NCBI GenBank assembly: GCA_040954595.2
Contig: CM082594.2
Coordinates: 2,713,319-2,777,318, forward strand
Source of the DNA: Balanoglossus misakiensis
Lineage: Eukaryota; Animalia; Hemichordata
Length of the DNA stretch: 64,000 nucleotides
Direction of reading: 5' to 3'
Shown: positions 63,121 to 64,000 of the stretch, piece after piece
Position numbering within the stretch: the stretch's first letter is position 1
How the letters are laid out: the number at the start of each line of letters is the position of its first letter
The notes under the pieces: model-generated
Told to the model about the DNA's origin: nothing
What the model saw: only the letters and a program-made list of their open reading frames with translations
The model's database searches: none
Translations under genes and position numbers: made by a program

Positions 63121-64000
63121 TTTTAGGGGAGGGAGTGGGTGGGCATCAACCTTTTGGAATAGATTATACCAAGATGGCAGATGGCTTTAACTGACCAGTT
63201 TCTATAGTCTCCAAATTGCATTTGTTTCCTTTCAAATTTTTGACCATTTCTCTTTGTTTGTGTTGCCCAAGGCCATGCACCCTTCCTTCCAAAATTTGTA
63301 TCTGGAAATCACCATGTTGCTACTTAAGAATATTCAGTAAACACATGGGTCCTGTAACCACCCCTTTTATATCTAGAAATGGATACCAAAATTTCTGCTG
63401 TCTGTACAGTTCAAAAGACCTAAATTTCTATATGTAGCTGATATACAGGTAGTGTTTTTTCTTTAGATGGTGCTTTGAGACATCATTTGGCCAGAGCAAT
63501 GACCTGGGCGTTGCTAATAGTTGGAAAATAATTAGCATTAATTTGCTACATTTATTCCATGGTAACGGCCAATCAGTAGTGTGAGTTTAACGCCATGAGA
63601 GTCCAGACCATGTGGTGACCTCGTTGCCGTGACATCGCATTTCGAATTCTATTGACATGCAGATCTTCAAAATTGAAGAGAGTTGACTGTGTGTCCAGAC
63701 CCTGTGCATGAGTCTACCTAAAACACAGTGGGTATGGAGACCAGACTAAGATTCTTAATGCTTGCTTTGGTTTTCAGACGTTTTAGCCCAAGTGCAAACT
63801 TCAAGCACATGAATTGTGACTAAATTGCGCTGAGATGTATGTGTAGCACATTTTAAACAATTCTTAATAATAATAATAATAAATGTATAGAAATAAATCC
63901 GACATCTAGATTGGAAATCATATTAGCAAACTGATTGCATGTTAGTCATTAGCTTTAAATTGTTGGTAGTTGTTTTGGAAACCTTTCTTTGCCAGTTCAA

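Overview
AT-rich, intron-rich animal (metazoan, apparently invertebrate) genomic DNA; not prokaryotic, so most short ORFs in the track are spurious or are exon plus intron read-through. By splicing GT-AG exons by hand with consistent phases I reconstruct six protein-coding genes. They are the 5' part of a VPS13A/C orthologue (minus, 18 coding exons, runs off the left edge), a complete CEP78 (minus), a complete NATD1 (plus, head-to-head with CEP78), a complete CPEB1/Orb-type gene (minus, tail-to-tail with NATD1) and two tandem C2H2 zinc-finger paralogues (minus). Introns and intergenic DNA are full of palindromic non-autonomous DNA transposons (TTAA-AGG Kolobok-like, TTAA-CCC piggyBac-like, TA-flanked, Harbinger-like foldback), and there is a decayed Ty3/Gypsy gag. 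The most unusual signal is the zinc-finger pair: near-identical N-termini and introns but reshuffled 84-bp finger arrays with variable recognition helices. Next are layered post-transcriptional control features on CPEB1 (15-nt first coding exon, uORFs, tandem donors, CPE-like 3'UTR motifs) and a possible mitochondrial-leader isoform of NATD1. I cannot demonstrate a new biological system from sequence alone. Gene identities rest on recalled protein similarity, not database searches.
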